Shown here piece after piece: positions 1-9,906 of a stretch of DNA of 64,000 nt. The stretch comes from an uncultured candidate division Zixibacteria bacterium (GTDB lineage: Bacteria; Zixibacteria; MSB-5A5; UBA10806; 4484-95). The stretch spans positions 608,001-672,000 of the forward strand of contig CAXXKA010000008.1 of the NCBI GenBank assembly GCA_963668625.2, written 5' to 3'. Made by a program: the position numbers and the translations under genes. The notes below the pieces were generated by a model, which was not told where the DNA came from, did not search any database, and saw only the letters and a program-made list of their open reading frames with translations. Every line of letters starts with the position of its first letter. The first letter of the stretch is position 1.

Positions 1-380
1 AATTGATACCCGGTTATGGTGTATGATCCAACAATCCATAAAAATATGACTATAATAGTTACCAGTCCGGTTCCAATGCCCATTCCGATGAATAATTCCT
101 GCCAGAATCTATCTCTGGAAAATTCAAATGGCTTTTGCTTTTCAAACCATCTAAAGTACAGATGATATCCTAGATATACTAAAGATATCATTATCACTAC
201 ATATAAGGCGCGGATATAAACCAGATCGAAAATATTTAATTGCTTGAGAGCTAATTTTACAATTGCTACCAGGCCAACAGAAATACCTAAAAATACCAAT
301 GCTAGCAAAAGTCTGATTAAAAAGAATGATCTATGATTGTTATTTGAATCAGTATTCGTATCAGAAATGTCTGAATTCAT
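1..380 (-). CDS. Partial membrane protein, probably a CPBP/CAAX-protease family N-terminal region; runs off the window edge
   Basis: Manual translation from ATG at 380: MNSDISDTNTDSNNNHRSFFLIRLLLALVFLG...YFRWFEKQKPFEF...ELFIGMGIGTGLVTIIVIFLWIVGSYTITG, open to position 1. Multiple TM helices; the catalytic motifs would lie outside the window. Confidence 0.6.
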   Translation of the reverse strand, partial: MNSDISDTNTDSNNNHRSFFLIRLLLALVFLGISVGLVAIVKLALKQLNIFDLVYIRALYVVIMISLVYLGYHLYFRWFEKQKPFEFSRDRFWQELFIGMGIGTGLVTIIVIFLWIVGSYTITGYQ

Positions 381-534
381 GTTAATAGATACGTAAAATG
401 GATATCTAGGTTTCGTATTAATGCCCATTAATTATTTGTAATAGATTTGTTGTACATTCTAAGAAGCTATTAATTCGTACCGCCAACAGCTAAGATTTAA
501 TAACTGCCGGCCTTAGTATTGAACTGGCAAACAT

Positions 535-1053
535 CTATTCTGCTATAGTATAAGTAATCTCGAATTTATCGGTACCATCAGGAGTTATATTAACAGGATA
601 TACGAGTTTGACTTTCTTAAAGAAGCACAGGCTTTGATCTTTCATGCCGCAATAGCTGAAATCTAGAATAACCGAAATAGTAGTAGACCCCCGTATTAAC
701 TCTACCGGTATGTTTATAATTTTTGTGGCGTGAGGGATGTTATACTTGCCAATTTTTACGATACTGGCATCCTCGGATTTAACGGCCAGTGTAAACGGCG
801 CCTGGTTGTTGAATTTTTGATCTTTTGGCAGGTTCAGACTTATTTTCATTTGCTTAACCGAGGATTGAATACTAGCAGCAGGCGAGATTATGACCTCATC
901 GAAATACTCATCCGGCTCCTCGAAAAGATACGCGTATTGATCTACCATTAAGTCCTCAGGGTTGGTTTGATGAGTATAATTATAGATAATCAAACCGGCT
1001 AATAGTATAATCACGGCCGCCGTCGCTGTTATTATTGGTATCATGTTTTTCAA
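535..1053 (-). CDS. Membrane-anchored protein resembling the C-terminal (nDsbD-like) domain of SOQ1/NHLRC2-type proteins
   Basis: N-terminal TM helix; 'ISLNLPKDQKFNNQAPF' and 'FSYCGMKDQSLCFFK' (C-x7-C). Confidence 0.55.
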   Translation of the reverse strand: MKNMIPIITATAAVIILLAGLIIYNYTHQTNPEDLMVDQYAYLFEEPDEYFDEVIISPAASIQSSVKQMKISLNLPKDQKFNNQAPFTLAVKSEDASIVKIGKYNIPHATKIINIPVELIRGSTTISVILDFSYCGMKDQSLCFFKKVKLVYPVNITPDGTDKFEITYTIAE

Positions 1054-1211
1054 TTTAGTTCTCCGTTAACTCTGTAGGCGACACGTTCCCGTGTGCCCCT
1101 CCCTCGAAATCAGTTTTGACCCATTATCACTTAGCGGCGGACGAAAATATCTTTTTGCCACAAAGTTTTACTAGAAGATGATATATACGAATAGCTGGAA
1201 TTATACAAACG

Positions 1212-1238
1212 AAAAAAGATCCGGACTGGGCCGGATCT
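1212..1238 (-). terminator. Intrinsic terminator after bcp
   Basis: Stem AGATCCGG/CCGGATCT with 6-nt loop; the A-run on the left reads as a U-tract on the minus strand. Confidence 0.7.
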
Positions 1239-1266
1239 CTCTATAGCCGGATACTACTGCTTATTC

Positions 1267-1734
1267 TTACGATGTCTCCGACAGAATATCGAGCACATCA
1301 TTGGCGTGTGTTGCCGTATTCACTTTGTTGAAAATGTGCACGATCTTCCCTTCCTCATCTAACACGAATGTTTTACGGGCAGTTCCCATGTATTTCTTTC
1401 CATACATGTTCTTTTCCACCCAGACATCGTACTTTTCGACAACTTTTTTCTCTTTATCCGAAAGAAGAGTAAACGGCAGCTCGAATTTGTTAGCGAATTT
1501 CTCGTGTGATTTTTCATCATCAACGGAAACGCCGAGCACGGTTACACCGGCTTTCTTATATGCGGAATAATTATCTCTAAACGAGCAAGCCTCCTTGGTG
1601 CAACCGGGCGTGTTATCTTTGGGATAAAAATACAGTACGACCGGTTTGCCGCGATAGTCCGACAATTTATGCTTATTCCCCTCGAAATCGGGCAACGTGA
1701 AATCGGGAGCTTTTTTGCCCACCTCTACCATCAT
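1267..1734 (-). CDS. bcp: Thioredoxin-dependent peroxiredoxin BCP/PrxQ
   Basis: 'LYFYPKDNTPGCTKEAC' motif; GGAGG RBS. Confidence 0.95.
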   Translation of the reverse strand: MMVEVGKKAPDFTLPDFEGNKHKLSDYRGKPVVLYFYPKDNTPGCTKEACSFRDNYSAYKKAGVTVLGVSVDDEKSHEKFANKFELPFTLLSDKEKKVVEKYDVWVEKNMYGKKYMGTARKTFVLDEEGKIVHIFNKVNTATHANDVLDILSETS

Positions 1735-1879
1735 TCCTCCTGAATTTATCTTTTCACTCGAATTGCTAACGCCTATCGTTACTCGATAATTAATGTAATA
1801 AACTTTTGTAATTATTTCACGGTTTCATTATATTCGCTTATCTCTTTATAATTATCAAACGAATAACACGAGAAAATGG

Positions 1880-2629
1880 ATGATGACTGGAAATAACGAG
1901 TGGAAGGAGTTTTTCGACAATCATGCCGCCGAATATAAGGATGAGGTATTCGTAAAAAATACCAGGGCGGAGATTGAGTTCTTAGTCGAAGAGTTCAACC
2001 TTCCCGAGGGCAGTAAGATTCTCGACATGGGCTGTGGTATCGGCAGGCACACGGTTGGGCTGGCCGGACTGAATTACGAACTGACCGGTGTTGACTGGTC
2101 GGAGGGGATGTTAAAACAGGCAAGATTGAACGCTGAGGTGGCTGGCGTGGAGGTTAACTGGGTATGCCAGGATGCCAAGGTTTACCGCAAGCCGGAGGCC
2201 TACGATGGGGCAATATGCCTGTGCGAGGGCGCGTTCGGTCTTTTGTTAAAGGATGAGGACCCGGTCCAACACGATTACGCTATTTTACGCAACCTGTATG
2301 ACTCGCTCAAACCCGGCTCGAAGCTGATACTCGGCGGTCTGAACGGCCTCCGTAAAATCAGGGACGCCAAGCAGGAGGACATAGTCTCCGGACGATTCGA
2401 CCCGTTCACGCTGGTCGAGACATTCACACTTTCGTATAAACTTAAGAATGGCGGTAAACATAGGTTAACCCTTCACGAACACGGTTTTCTACCAGGAGAG
2501 TTAGTTAAACTGATACGTAAAATTGGTTTCGAGGTCAGGCATGTTTGGAGTGGCACGGCCGGAACCTGGAAACGCGAATTATTCGATATCGATGATATAG
2601 AGTTGATGGTGGTAGCTTTTAAGGCATAA
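1880..2629 (+). CDS. Class I SAM-dependent methyltransferase
   Basis: 'ILDMGCGIGRH', 'GVDWSEGML', 'LKPG'. Confidence 0.9.
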   Translation: MMTGNNEWKEFFDNHAAEYKDEVFVKNTRAEIEFLVEEFNLPEGSKILDMGCGIGRHTVGLAGLNYELTGVDWSEGMLKQARLNAEVAGVEVNWVCQDAKVYRKPEAYDGAICLCEGAFGLLLKDEDPVQHDYAILRNLYDSLKPGSKLILGGLNGLRKIRDAKQEDIVSGRFDPFTLVETFTLSYKLKNGGKHRLTLHEHGFLPGELVKLIRKIGFEVRHVWSGTAGTWKRELFDIDDIELMVVAFKA

Positions 2630-2788
2630 TGGCACAGTAAGGCTATATAGTCCTATGTTTTATTTTTATTGTAAAATTTGTCTGAAACAACTTGACTATT
2701 CGGCACGTTAACATTATTAAAGGAAAGTTAAAAATCCTATTATATTAGAGACTTCCTGTAAAAGGTTTAATTTTAGAAAGGCATTAGA

Positions 2789-3493
2789 ATGTGCAGCCGC
2801 GGATATAAATCCCTGTACCTGATCGATCTGGGGAAAACAAACTTCAAACAAACGTGGGACCTCCAAAAGAGCCTGGTTGACCTTCGCGTTGCCAATAAAA
2901 TTCCCGATACGCTTTTAATAACGGAACATGAACCGGTTATCACTATGGGTCGGGGAACATCACCGAAAAACCTCCTGGTTTCCCGTAAAGAACTGGAAAA
3001 GCGAGGTATCGATTTATTCCAGATCGAGCGAGGCGGTGATATCACCTATCACGGTCCCGGACAGATAGTGGCTTACCCGATTGTCGATTTGACCGCACGC
3101 GGGAGGGATCTTCACGCCTACCTTCGCGACCTGGAGGAGGTCGTAATCAAAACCCTGAAGGAGTACAATATTAACGCCGCCGTCAAGCGAGGCCTAACCG
3201 GCGTCTGGTCGAATAATCATAAGCTTGCGGCAATAGGCGTGGCTGTCCGCAGATGGGTCAGTTATCATGGCCTGGCGTTGAACGTGAATATCGATCTTGG
3301 CTATGATGAGTTGATTAATCCCTGCGGAATCACCCAGTTCCCGGTCGGTTCCGTGGCCTCGATGCTCAAGAAAGATATTGATTTGGATGAGACGAGAAAC
3401 TTACTGGTTGAAAATTTCGTAGATTATTTCAATTACGAACCCAAGAAAATCGACAATGTCGAAAGACTGATCAGCGAGCTTAAAGTAGCATAA
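2789..3493 (+). CDS. lipB: Lipoyl(octanoyl) transferase
   Basis: 'EHEPVITMGR', 'RGGDITYHGPGQ', 'KLAAIG', 'HGLALN', 'INPCG'. Confidence 0.95.
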   Translation: MCSRGYKSLYLIDLGKTNFKQTWDLQKSLVDLRVANKIPDTLLITEHEPVITMGRGTSPKNLLVSRKELEKRGIDLFQIERGGDITYHGPGQIVAYPIVDLTARGRDLHAYLRDLEEVVIKTLKEYNINAAVKRGLTGVWSNNHKLAAIGVAVRRWVSYHGLALNVNIDLGYDELINPCGITQFPVGSVASMLKKDIDLDETRNLLVENFVDYFNYEPKKIDNVERLISELKVA

Positions 3494-3531
3494 TTAGACG
3501 GCTTGAAGCCATCCACGTTAAAGGAGACTAT

Positions 3532-4176
3532 ATGCGTATCACCGAACCACGGTTTGAGGATTATATAAAGGATCTATCGCTGCATTCGAATTTAAAAGTC
3601 AGCGATGACGAGGTCTTGCGCGAGATGGAGTCATACGCCCGCGAAAACCATTTCCCCATTATCGGGCCTCTGGTGGGACGGTTCCTCCGCCAGTTGGCGA
3701 TCATTACGGGGTCTAAACGGATATTCGAGATGGGTTCGGGCTACGGCTATTCGGCCGCCTGGTTCGCCGGCGGTATGAAAGATGGCGGCAAGATAATTTG
3801 CACGGAGGGCTCCGAGGATAACAAGAAGCGCGCTTTAAAATATCTCTCCCGGATGGGTTACGATTCTATGGTCGAATATCATGTAGGTGATGCCCGAAAG
3901 ATTATCGCCGACCATGACGGCCCGTTCGATATCATCTTAAACGATATCGACAAGGAACAGTACCCCGATACGGTTGAATTGGCGATTGCTCGTTTGAGGC
4001 CGGGAGGAGTATTTATCACCGATAACGTTCTCTGGGGAGGCGATATTTTCGATGAAAAACCCGATGAGCCAACGCGCGGAATTCTGGAGTTCAACCATCG
4101 CATTTTTAATAATGAAAAGCTGTTTTCCGCTATCATACCGATACGGGATGGCCTGGGCATGGCGGTTAAGCTGTAG
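3532..4176 (+). CDS. O-methyltransferase (CCoAOMT/Methyltransf_3-like)
   Basis: 'EMGSGYGYS', 'FDIILNDIDK', 'LRPGG..ITDNVLW', 'RDG'. Confidence 0.9.
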   Translation: MRITEPRFEDYIKDLSLHSNLKVSDDEVLREMESYARENHFPIIGPLVGRFLRQLAIITGSKRIFEMGSGYGYSAAWFAGGMKDGGKIICTEGSEDNKKRALKYLSRMGYDSMVEYHVGDARKIIADHDGPFDIILNDIDKEQYPDTVELAIARLRPGGVFITDNVLWGGDIFDEKPDEPTRGILEFNHRIFNNEKLFSAIIPIRDGLGMAVKL

Positions 4177-4447
4177 ATATATTAATCCTCATTACAAAAC
4201 GAATGGCTTATTGAAGTGTTAATTCGAGCCTCCGGGGGAACGAAGCCCTTTATTCATCCTTTTCTGGCGAACTCCCAAATGATTTACGATCCCCATATGC
4301 TAAATTAATATTTAAGTCGTACCAGATTGCAACATCATTAAACACATTGCTTTAACGGTTATATATATAGAAAATATTTTGCAATACTAATCCCCTTTCA
4401 ATCCGACATATATTGGTAACAATATTATTTAAAACAGGAGGCTTATT

Positions 4448-4720
4448 ATGTTAGGATGGTGTGCGATACTGTTCGGGCTGGGAGTTCTGGCGTTTCTAGA
4501 TTCGGTTTTCAACTATGGTGAAATCTTCAGACGTATCAACTCGGTGTTGTTTTTGCTTACCGCGCTGGGTTTGCTTGTCAGGACCAGTATGAAAATGAAA
4601 ATTCGCTATATCGAAAGATTAGAGGAAAGGCTCGAGGAATTAGAGGGCAAGCCGGCTCAAGAGAAAAAGAATGATATTCTAAATCACCCGTTCAAGAAGA
4701 AAAAACAACCTGTCGCTTAG
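4448..4720 (+). CDS. Small two-TM membrane protein, hypothetical
   Basis: AGGAGG RBS; two hydrophobic segments, then a charged coiled-coil tail. Confidence 0.75.
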   Translation: MLGWCAILFGLGVLAFLDSVFNYGEIFRRINSVLFLLTALGLLVRTSMKMKIRYIERLEERLEELEGKPAQEKKNDILNHPFKKKKQPVA

Positions 4721-6558
4721 CTAGCGTCCAGTTTATTCAAATATATCCGCGCCTGTTCCAGGAGAGGCGAGTAGGGGAAATCGGTTATAAGTTTATTCAA
4801 AAGCTCATCGGCTTTATCTGGCCGCTGGGCTTTTTCTATATATATACGGGATAAATCCAGAAGCGCCCTGTCGGTATAAACACCATCCTCGAAAGCGGTC
4901 AAATAATGCTTATAAGCTCCGATAGCCGTTTCCCAGTTGCCCATATCGGCATAGTAAGACGGTAAATAATACAGGGCGTACTCGTAAACTTTAGAGCCGC
5001 TACTTTGACTTGCCTGCTTGAGATAGACGATCGCGCTATCGGGTCTGCCCGCGAAACTCAACCGGGTGGCTTTGGCTATAGTATTAATCATACTGTCGCC
5101 CTCGGCATCGGTGATAAGCGTCAGTCTCTCCAGGCAGTCATTGATATATTTCCCGCGAGGATATTCGCTGAACAGTATATTATAAGCTTTCGCTGCGGCC
5201 TGGTAATCCTCGTTAAAAAATTCGATCTCCGCCAACAGGTAACGAGCCTTCTCGCCATCCTCTTTGCCTTTTCTTATCTCAGCCACTTTCAGGAGCTTTT
5301 CTTTTGCCTGATCCAATTTCATTTCCTGTATATCGATTTCCGCTAATTTCAGTTGCGCGGCTTGCGCCAGCGGCAGGTTACCGGAGGTTTTTATCAGTTC
5401 GTTGAATTTCTCCCTGGCTTTAGATTTATCCTGCAATTTATCCGAGTAAATTTCACCGGCCGTGTAAAGCGCCTCAGCTCGAGCACGGAAACTGTTGTAA
5501 TCTTTCTCGACAATCTCCAATAACTCGAACGCGGTGTTGTACGAACCCAACTCCGCCAGGCTTCTGGCCTTGTAAATAATGACAGTTTCAGCCGAGCGTT
5601 TTTTGTGATATTCCACCCCGGCCAGGTAATAGTTGGCGGCCTCGACTGCCATCACGTACTGCTCCTGGTCGTAGCAAAGCTTTATGAAATTATCCAGGTA
5701 GAAACCCTCATCTTCGGAAAGCGAATCGCCTTTCCGGTAGTTTTCGAACGATTCCGATAACTGACCGTTTTTCAGATACAGATCGCCGAGAATGATATAC
5801 AGCTCGGGCCTGGCCGAATTATCCCCGGCTGCGCGTTTTACCGCCTCGATGATAAGCTCCGGGCTTTCGGCCTCATCGTACATGTTGGTGATTTCCCAGG
5901 ATAGCTGCTGTATCTCTTTAGGGTTGGACTGGATCTCCAATAATTTCAGGTATTCGGTCACCGCTTTGGAATATTGTTTCTGGGTGATATAAATATCCGA
6001 AAGCTCCCGGATAAACAGTTCCGGTTGACCGATAACATTTCGTCCCCGGATATATACGGAGACCGCCTCGTTATAAAATCCGTAGCCATGATAATAATTA
6101 GCCAGCATCATGTAATTGAAACTATTCTCTCCGGCCAGATCGAACGCTTTCTCCCAGGTCTCCTCGGCCTTATCGAGGCTGTCGCAGAGGAAATAAACCT
6201 CGCCCAACTGGCAGGTGATACCGAAATTATCCGGGCTTTGTGACAACTCATCGGTTATGATTTTCTTTAAGGTGACAAAATCTTTCGAGGCTTTTAAAAT
6301 CCTTTTTCTCTCATTGACAATTTCCGCACGATTACCGAAATTCAATTCTAGCTTGTTCAATAACTCTAAGGCCTGATCGTATTTTCCCAGGCTGGTATGG
6401 CTTCTGATAGAATTCAGGGCCCTGGCTATGGTTTTACGATCGTTGTTCTCGTTAGTGTTTTGCTTTTGGGGCTCGGGCGATATATGAACCTGGGCGTTGA
6501 CCGTAGCGCCGCATAACAATAGCATTAATGTAAAAGCAATGGTGGTTTTATTGAACAT
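4717..6558 (-). CDS. Secreted tetratricopeptide-repeat protein (YfgM/BamD-like TPRs)
   Basis: Signal peptide; repeated 'LGEVY/LGDLY/AGEIY' helices; 'LITDFPYSPL' end. Confidence 0.85.
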   Translation of the reverse strand: MFNKTTIAFTLMLLLCGATVNAQVHISPEPQKQNTNENNDRKTIARALNSIRSHTSLGKYDQALELLNKLELNFGNRAEIVNERKRILKASKDFVTLKKIITDELSQSPDNFGITCQLGEVYFLCDSLDKAEETWEKAFDLAGENSFNYMMLANYYHGYGFYNEAVSVYIRGRNVIGQPELFIRELSDIYITQKQYSKAVTEYLKLLEIQSNPKEIQQLSWEITNMYDEAESPELIIEAVKRAAGDNSARPELYIILGDLYLKNGQLSESFENYRKGDSLSEDEGFYLDNFIKLCYDQEQYVMAVEAANYYLAGVEYHKKRSAETVIIYKARSLAELGSYNTAFELLEIVEKDYNSFRARAEALYTAGEIYSDKLQDKSKAREKFNELIKTSGNLPLAQAAQLKLAEIDIQEMKLDQAKEKLLKVAEIRKGKEDGEKARYLLAEIEFFNEDYQAAAKAYNILFSEYPRGKYINDCLERLTLITDAEGDSMINTIAKATRLSFAGRPDSAIVYLKQASQSSGSKVYEYALYYLPSYYADMGNWETAIGAYKHYLTAFEDGVYTDRALLDLSRIYIEKAQRPDKADELLNKLITDFPYSPLLEQARIYLNKLDAS

Positions 6559-9500
6559 CCTGATCCTCGGTTAAGGCCCGGAAATATTCCCTTATCTCAT
6601 GCTCGTACCGCCTGGGATATTTCTCCGAGAGCGCTTTTTTGATATCCTCGGCCATCTTCTCGCTGAAATTATCATCGAAATTCAGGACGCCGGGACCACG
6701 TCTCGTTACATCCTCGCCCGTGCGAGCCTGACGTCTCCGGGAGTAATCCCTGCGATGAACCGACCGCTGGGCGTCCAGAAGGCGCGAGAGTATTCTATTT
6801 TGACGGTTGATCGTTTCTTGTGTCATGTTACGATTTTGCATATCCTCGACGATTTTCTTCATCTCGCCCTCGATATTATCGAGCCTGCCCAGTACGTTAT
6901 CGGCGTTGCCCGCCTCCTTCATCAGCTCGGAAAGCTCTTTACGAATCGCCTCCTGCTGTTGTGCCAGGCGTTGCATTGCCTGCATTTGGGCCATCGACAT
7001 CATTCCCGGCATCGGCATGGGCATCATGTTTTGCGAGTTCTGGTTCAATTGCTGTTGCTGCTGCGCCATCTGTGAAAGTTTCTGCATCATGGATTGCATT
7101 CCGGAGCCGCTGTTCTTGCACTGGCTGCATTGGGAAAGGGCGCTCATGAGAATGGCGGCGGCGTGGTTTAAAGAACTCATGGCCTCGCCCTGGTTGCCTG
7201 ATGACCGCGAGGGGGAACGTCCGTTCAACTGCTCGATAGCGTTCTGCATTTCGGCTAAAGCCTTACCCATTTGCTGCATTATTGAGGCATTTATAAACAG
7301 CGTTTCTTTCGTGACTTCGGCGATATTCTCGGCGGCCCTGTTACAGGCTGATTTGAGATCGTTTTGTTCGCGAGCGATTTCGCGGCTGTTCGAGCGTTTG
7401 TTTCTCATTTGCTCGGTCGAATCTATCAGCCCCTCCTGTTCCCGCGAAAGATATATCAAATCGTTGATTGCTCTTTTTATCATACCGGTAACCATCTCGA
7501 GTTGCTGTTGCTGCATTTGCTGGAGCATATTCTGGAACATCTGGGACATCTCCTGAAACTCCTGCTCCATTTCCTGGCCAGATTTCTGGCATTGCTGCTT
7601 GTTACACATACCCATCGACTGCGCCATTTGATTCATCGATTTTTGCATTTGCTCCGAGTTCAATTTCTGATTGGCCTGCTGCATCTGATCCTTCGGCACC
7701 ATCGAAAGCTCTTCGTTTAATTTCTTGGCCTGCTCGAACTGTTCTTTCATGCTTTCCAGGCCCTGTTTCTGCTTCTCCTGAGGCTGTTTCATCTTCTCGA
7801 AATCTTTTTTACCGTTACATTGGCCCAGTTGATCGTTGATATCCTGCTGCTTTTCGGCCAGCTTCTGAGCCATTTTGGCAAGTGTATCGAGTTTTTGTTC
7901 GAGTTGATATTTTTTCAGAAGAGCCATCATGCGGTCGAGGTTTTCGTTCATCTGCTCGACAGACATCTGGAAATTCTTCATCGCTTCCTCGAGCTTCTTG
8001 GGATCCATACTTTTCATGGCCTCCTGAAGCTTCTTCATGGCCTCTTTTAGCTCATCGGTGGCAACCTCCTCGAACAGCTCCCGGATATCCTCCATCTTCT
8101 GCATCAACTCCTCGGTGGCCATCTGGTTACGATCGTATTTCTCCAGCATCTCGTCCATCTTTTTGCCCAGCTCTTCTATCTTCTGGGAGATATCTTTCTG
8201 ACGGTCGAGTGTGCTTTGCAATTCCTGTTTCTTTTCCCAATCCATTTCGGAATGCTGCTTCATCTCACGCGAGATATTTTCCAACTCTTCTTTCAACTGA
8301 CGCTGGCTGTTCACCGCCTCCTCGAAATCCTCGAACATCTCGTCTTCTGATTGGGTGATATCCGCCATTATCTCATCCAGGCTGGGCAGGCGAGCCGTGA
8401 ACGTTTTACTAACCGAGGATTTCGGCCCGGTAATAGCATCGTTATCGAAAACCTCGAGATAGTAATAAACCAGGTCGCCGGGCAGCAAGTGAAGTTGTTC
8501 TACCCACCACTCGTAAGAAACCACGGTTTCGGTCAGAGCGCTGAAATCGGATTTTATAGTCTGAATCTTGCGATCCGACTCATGTCCCTCGGAATATGTC
8601 CAGTACACCAGGTCGAGTTTCGTGAAACCGTAATCATCGAAAACAACCGCCTCAATAGGCAATATCATCCGCTCATCCAGGTCAACATCAACGGCCGGGA
8701 AAGTGATTTGTACTTGCGGTTCGTAATCGTTTAAGCAAACCAGGTCATATTCTATAGGGTTGGGGTTAGAAAGCCCGGTAACATCCGCCAGCCTCAGATG
8801 GTAACTGCCGTTATCGCTTATTACGAATTTACCGCTGATCTCTTTTTCGTTTATCGTGATCGGCTTGGTTCGGCCGTCATTGAACTCCAGCGAGCCGGTC
8901 GTTACCGGTTTGTTCAGCCTGCCGGTGAAATTAATCACCGTACCGCGAAGAGCCGTTACGGAGCCGTCATTGTTGGGCAACACCTGCGATTCCAATCCCG
9001 TGTATTTGGGGAAATCCAGGGTGATGGCTATCTCGAGAAGCCGAGGTGGATCGACAATAGTTATTTTACCTGTAGGGGATTTTACCCGTTTTGCCTCGGC
9101 ATAGAATTCGACATCGCGCTTTAATTTTCTGAAAGTGTAAGAGTACAGCCCCTCGAGACTGTCCGATTCGGCTTTCACCGCGGGTATGCTGACCCAATCA
9201 CTCTCACTGTATTTTACTAAGAGATTGACCTCGCGAACTTTCTCTCCGGCAGCGCCTATCCTGATCGTGACATCATCGTTTTTTATGGCCTGTATATTTT
9301 CCGGAGATACTGTCAAAACCAGGTTGGTGGGACGGGGAATATCGGCCAGTGGATGAGTAAACAGCATCGAGGTTTGATACATGGTCTCGCCCGAAATAAA
9401 TACCGACATGATCACCAGCAATACGCCCAGCGCCAGACGGTAATACGGGGGTTTATGTTTTTCCACCGCTACGTTAAAATCCAGATCGCGTATCTGCTCG

Positions 9501-9901
9501 CCGGCGTCCTCGATAGTTTTCTCTATCAACTCGACAGAGTAATTCTCTTTGTTGTCCGAAAGTTTATCGTAAAGCTGTAATGAGCCAATTAAGCGAGATT
9601 GCAATTTGCCATAATGCTTCTCTAATTTCAAGGCAACCGAGGTAAGGCTTCTTTTGCGTATTAACGGCTTAACGATATATACCCCGATAACAGTGGTCGA
9701 TAACGCCAGCCCTATTACTAGCATGGTAACCCTGGCAACAGGCTCGGGCCAGAACAACGCCGTTGCCAGCCAGAGCACGAATATCAATCCGGCGGCTAAG
9801 GCCAGGGTCTCGATTATGCCCTCGAACGCCAGCCATCCTGATATAGAGTTGCGGGTTTTTAGAAGTCTACCCAGTATCGATTCGTATTTAGTCCGTGTCA
9901 T
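6548..9901 (-). CDS. DUF4175-like membrane protein with Ig-like region and long Gln/Met-rich coiled coil
   Basis: Three N-terminal TMs; 'DDYGF', 'PGDLVYYYLEVFDND', 'ILSRLLDA', C-terminal 'YPRRYE..IREYF'. Confidence 0.8.
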   Translation of the reverse strand: MTRTKYESILGRLLKTRNSISGWLAFEGIIETLALAAGLIFVLWLATALFWPEPVARVTMLVIGLALSTTVIGVYIVKPLIRKRSLTSVALKLEKHYGKLQSRLIGSLQLYDKLSDNKENYSVELIEKTIEDAGEQIRDLDFNVAVEKHKPPYYRLALGVLLVIMSVFISGETMYQTSMLFTHPLADIPRPTNLVLTVSPENIQAIKNDDVTIRIGAAGEKVREVNLLVKYSESDWVSIPAVKAESDSLEGLYSYTFRKLKRDVEFYAEAKRVKSPTGKITIVDPPRLLEIAITLDFPKYTGLESQVLPNNDGSVTALRGTVINFTGRLNKPVTTGSLEFNDGRTKPITINEKEISGKFVISDNGSYHLRLADVTGLSNPNPIEYDLVCLNDYEPQVQITFPAVDVDLDERMILPIEAVVFDDYGFTKLDLVYWTYSEGHESDRKIQTIKSDFSALTETVVSYEWWVEQLHLLPGDLVYYYLEVFDNDAITGPKSSVSKTFTARLPSLDEIMADITQSEDEMFEDFEEAVNSQRQLKEELENISREMKQHSEMDWEKKQELQSTLDRQKDISQKIEELGKKMDEMLEKYDRNQMATEELMQKMEDIRELFEEVATDELKEAMKKLQEAMKSMDPKKLEEAMKNFQMSVEQMNENLDRMMALLKKYQLEQKLDTLAKMAQKLAEKQQDINDQLGQCNGKKDFEKMKQPQEKQKQGLESMKEQFEQAKKLNEELSMVPKDQMQQANQKLNSEQMQKSMNQMAQSMGMCNKQQCQKSGQEMEQEFQEMSQMFQNMLQQMQQQQLEMVTGMIKRAINDLIYLSREQEGLIDSTEQMRNKRSNSREIAREQNDLKSACNRAAENIAEVTKETLFINASIMQQMGKALAEMQNAIEQLNGRSPSRSSGNQGEAMSSLNHAAAILMSALSQCSQCKNSGSGMQSMMQKLSQMAQQQQQLNQNSQNMMPMPMPGMMSMAQMQAMQRLAQQQEAIRKELSELMKEAGNADNVLGRLDNIEGEMKKIVEDMQNRNMTQETINRQNRILSRLLDAQRSVHRRDYSRRRQARTGEDVTRRGPGVLNFDDNFSEKMAEDIKKALSEKYPRRYEHEIREYFRALTEDQDVQ

Positions 9902-9906
9902 AATTC

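Noticed and set aside
2629-2650. TGGCAC upstream of lipB as a sigma54 promoter
   Set aside because: No TTGC at the -12 position with correct spacing.
6599-9580. Several plus-strand ORFs of up to 249 aa, Cys- or Leu-rich
   Set aside because: Antisense shadows of the Gln/Met-rich DUF4175-like gene (CAG/CAA codons read as TGC/CTG); no RBS or domain signal.
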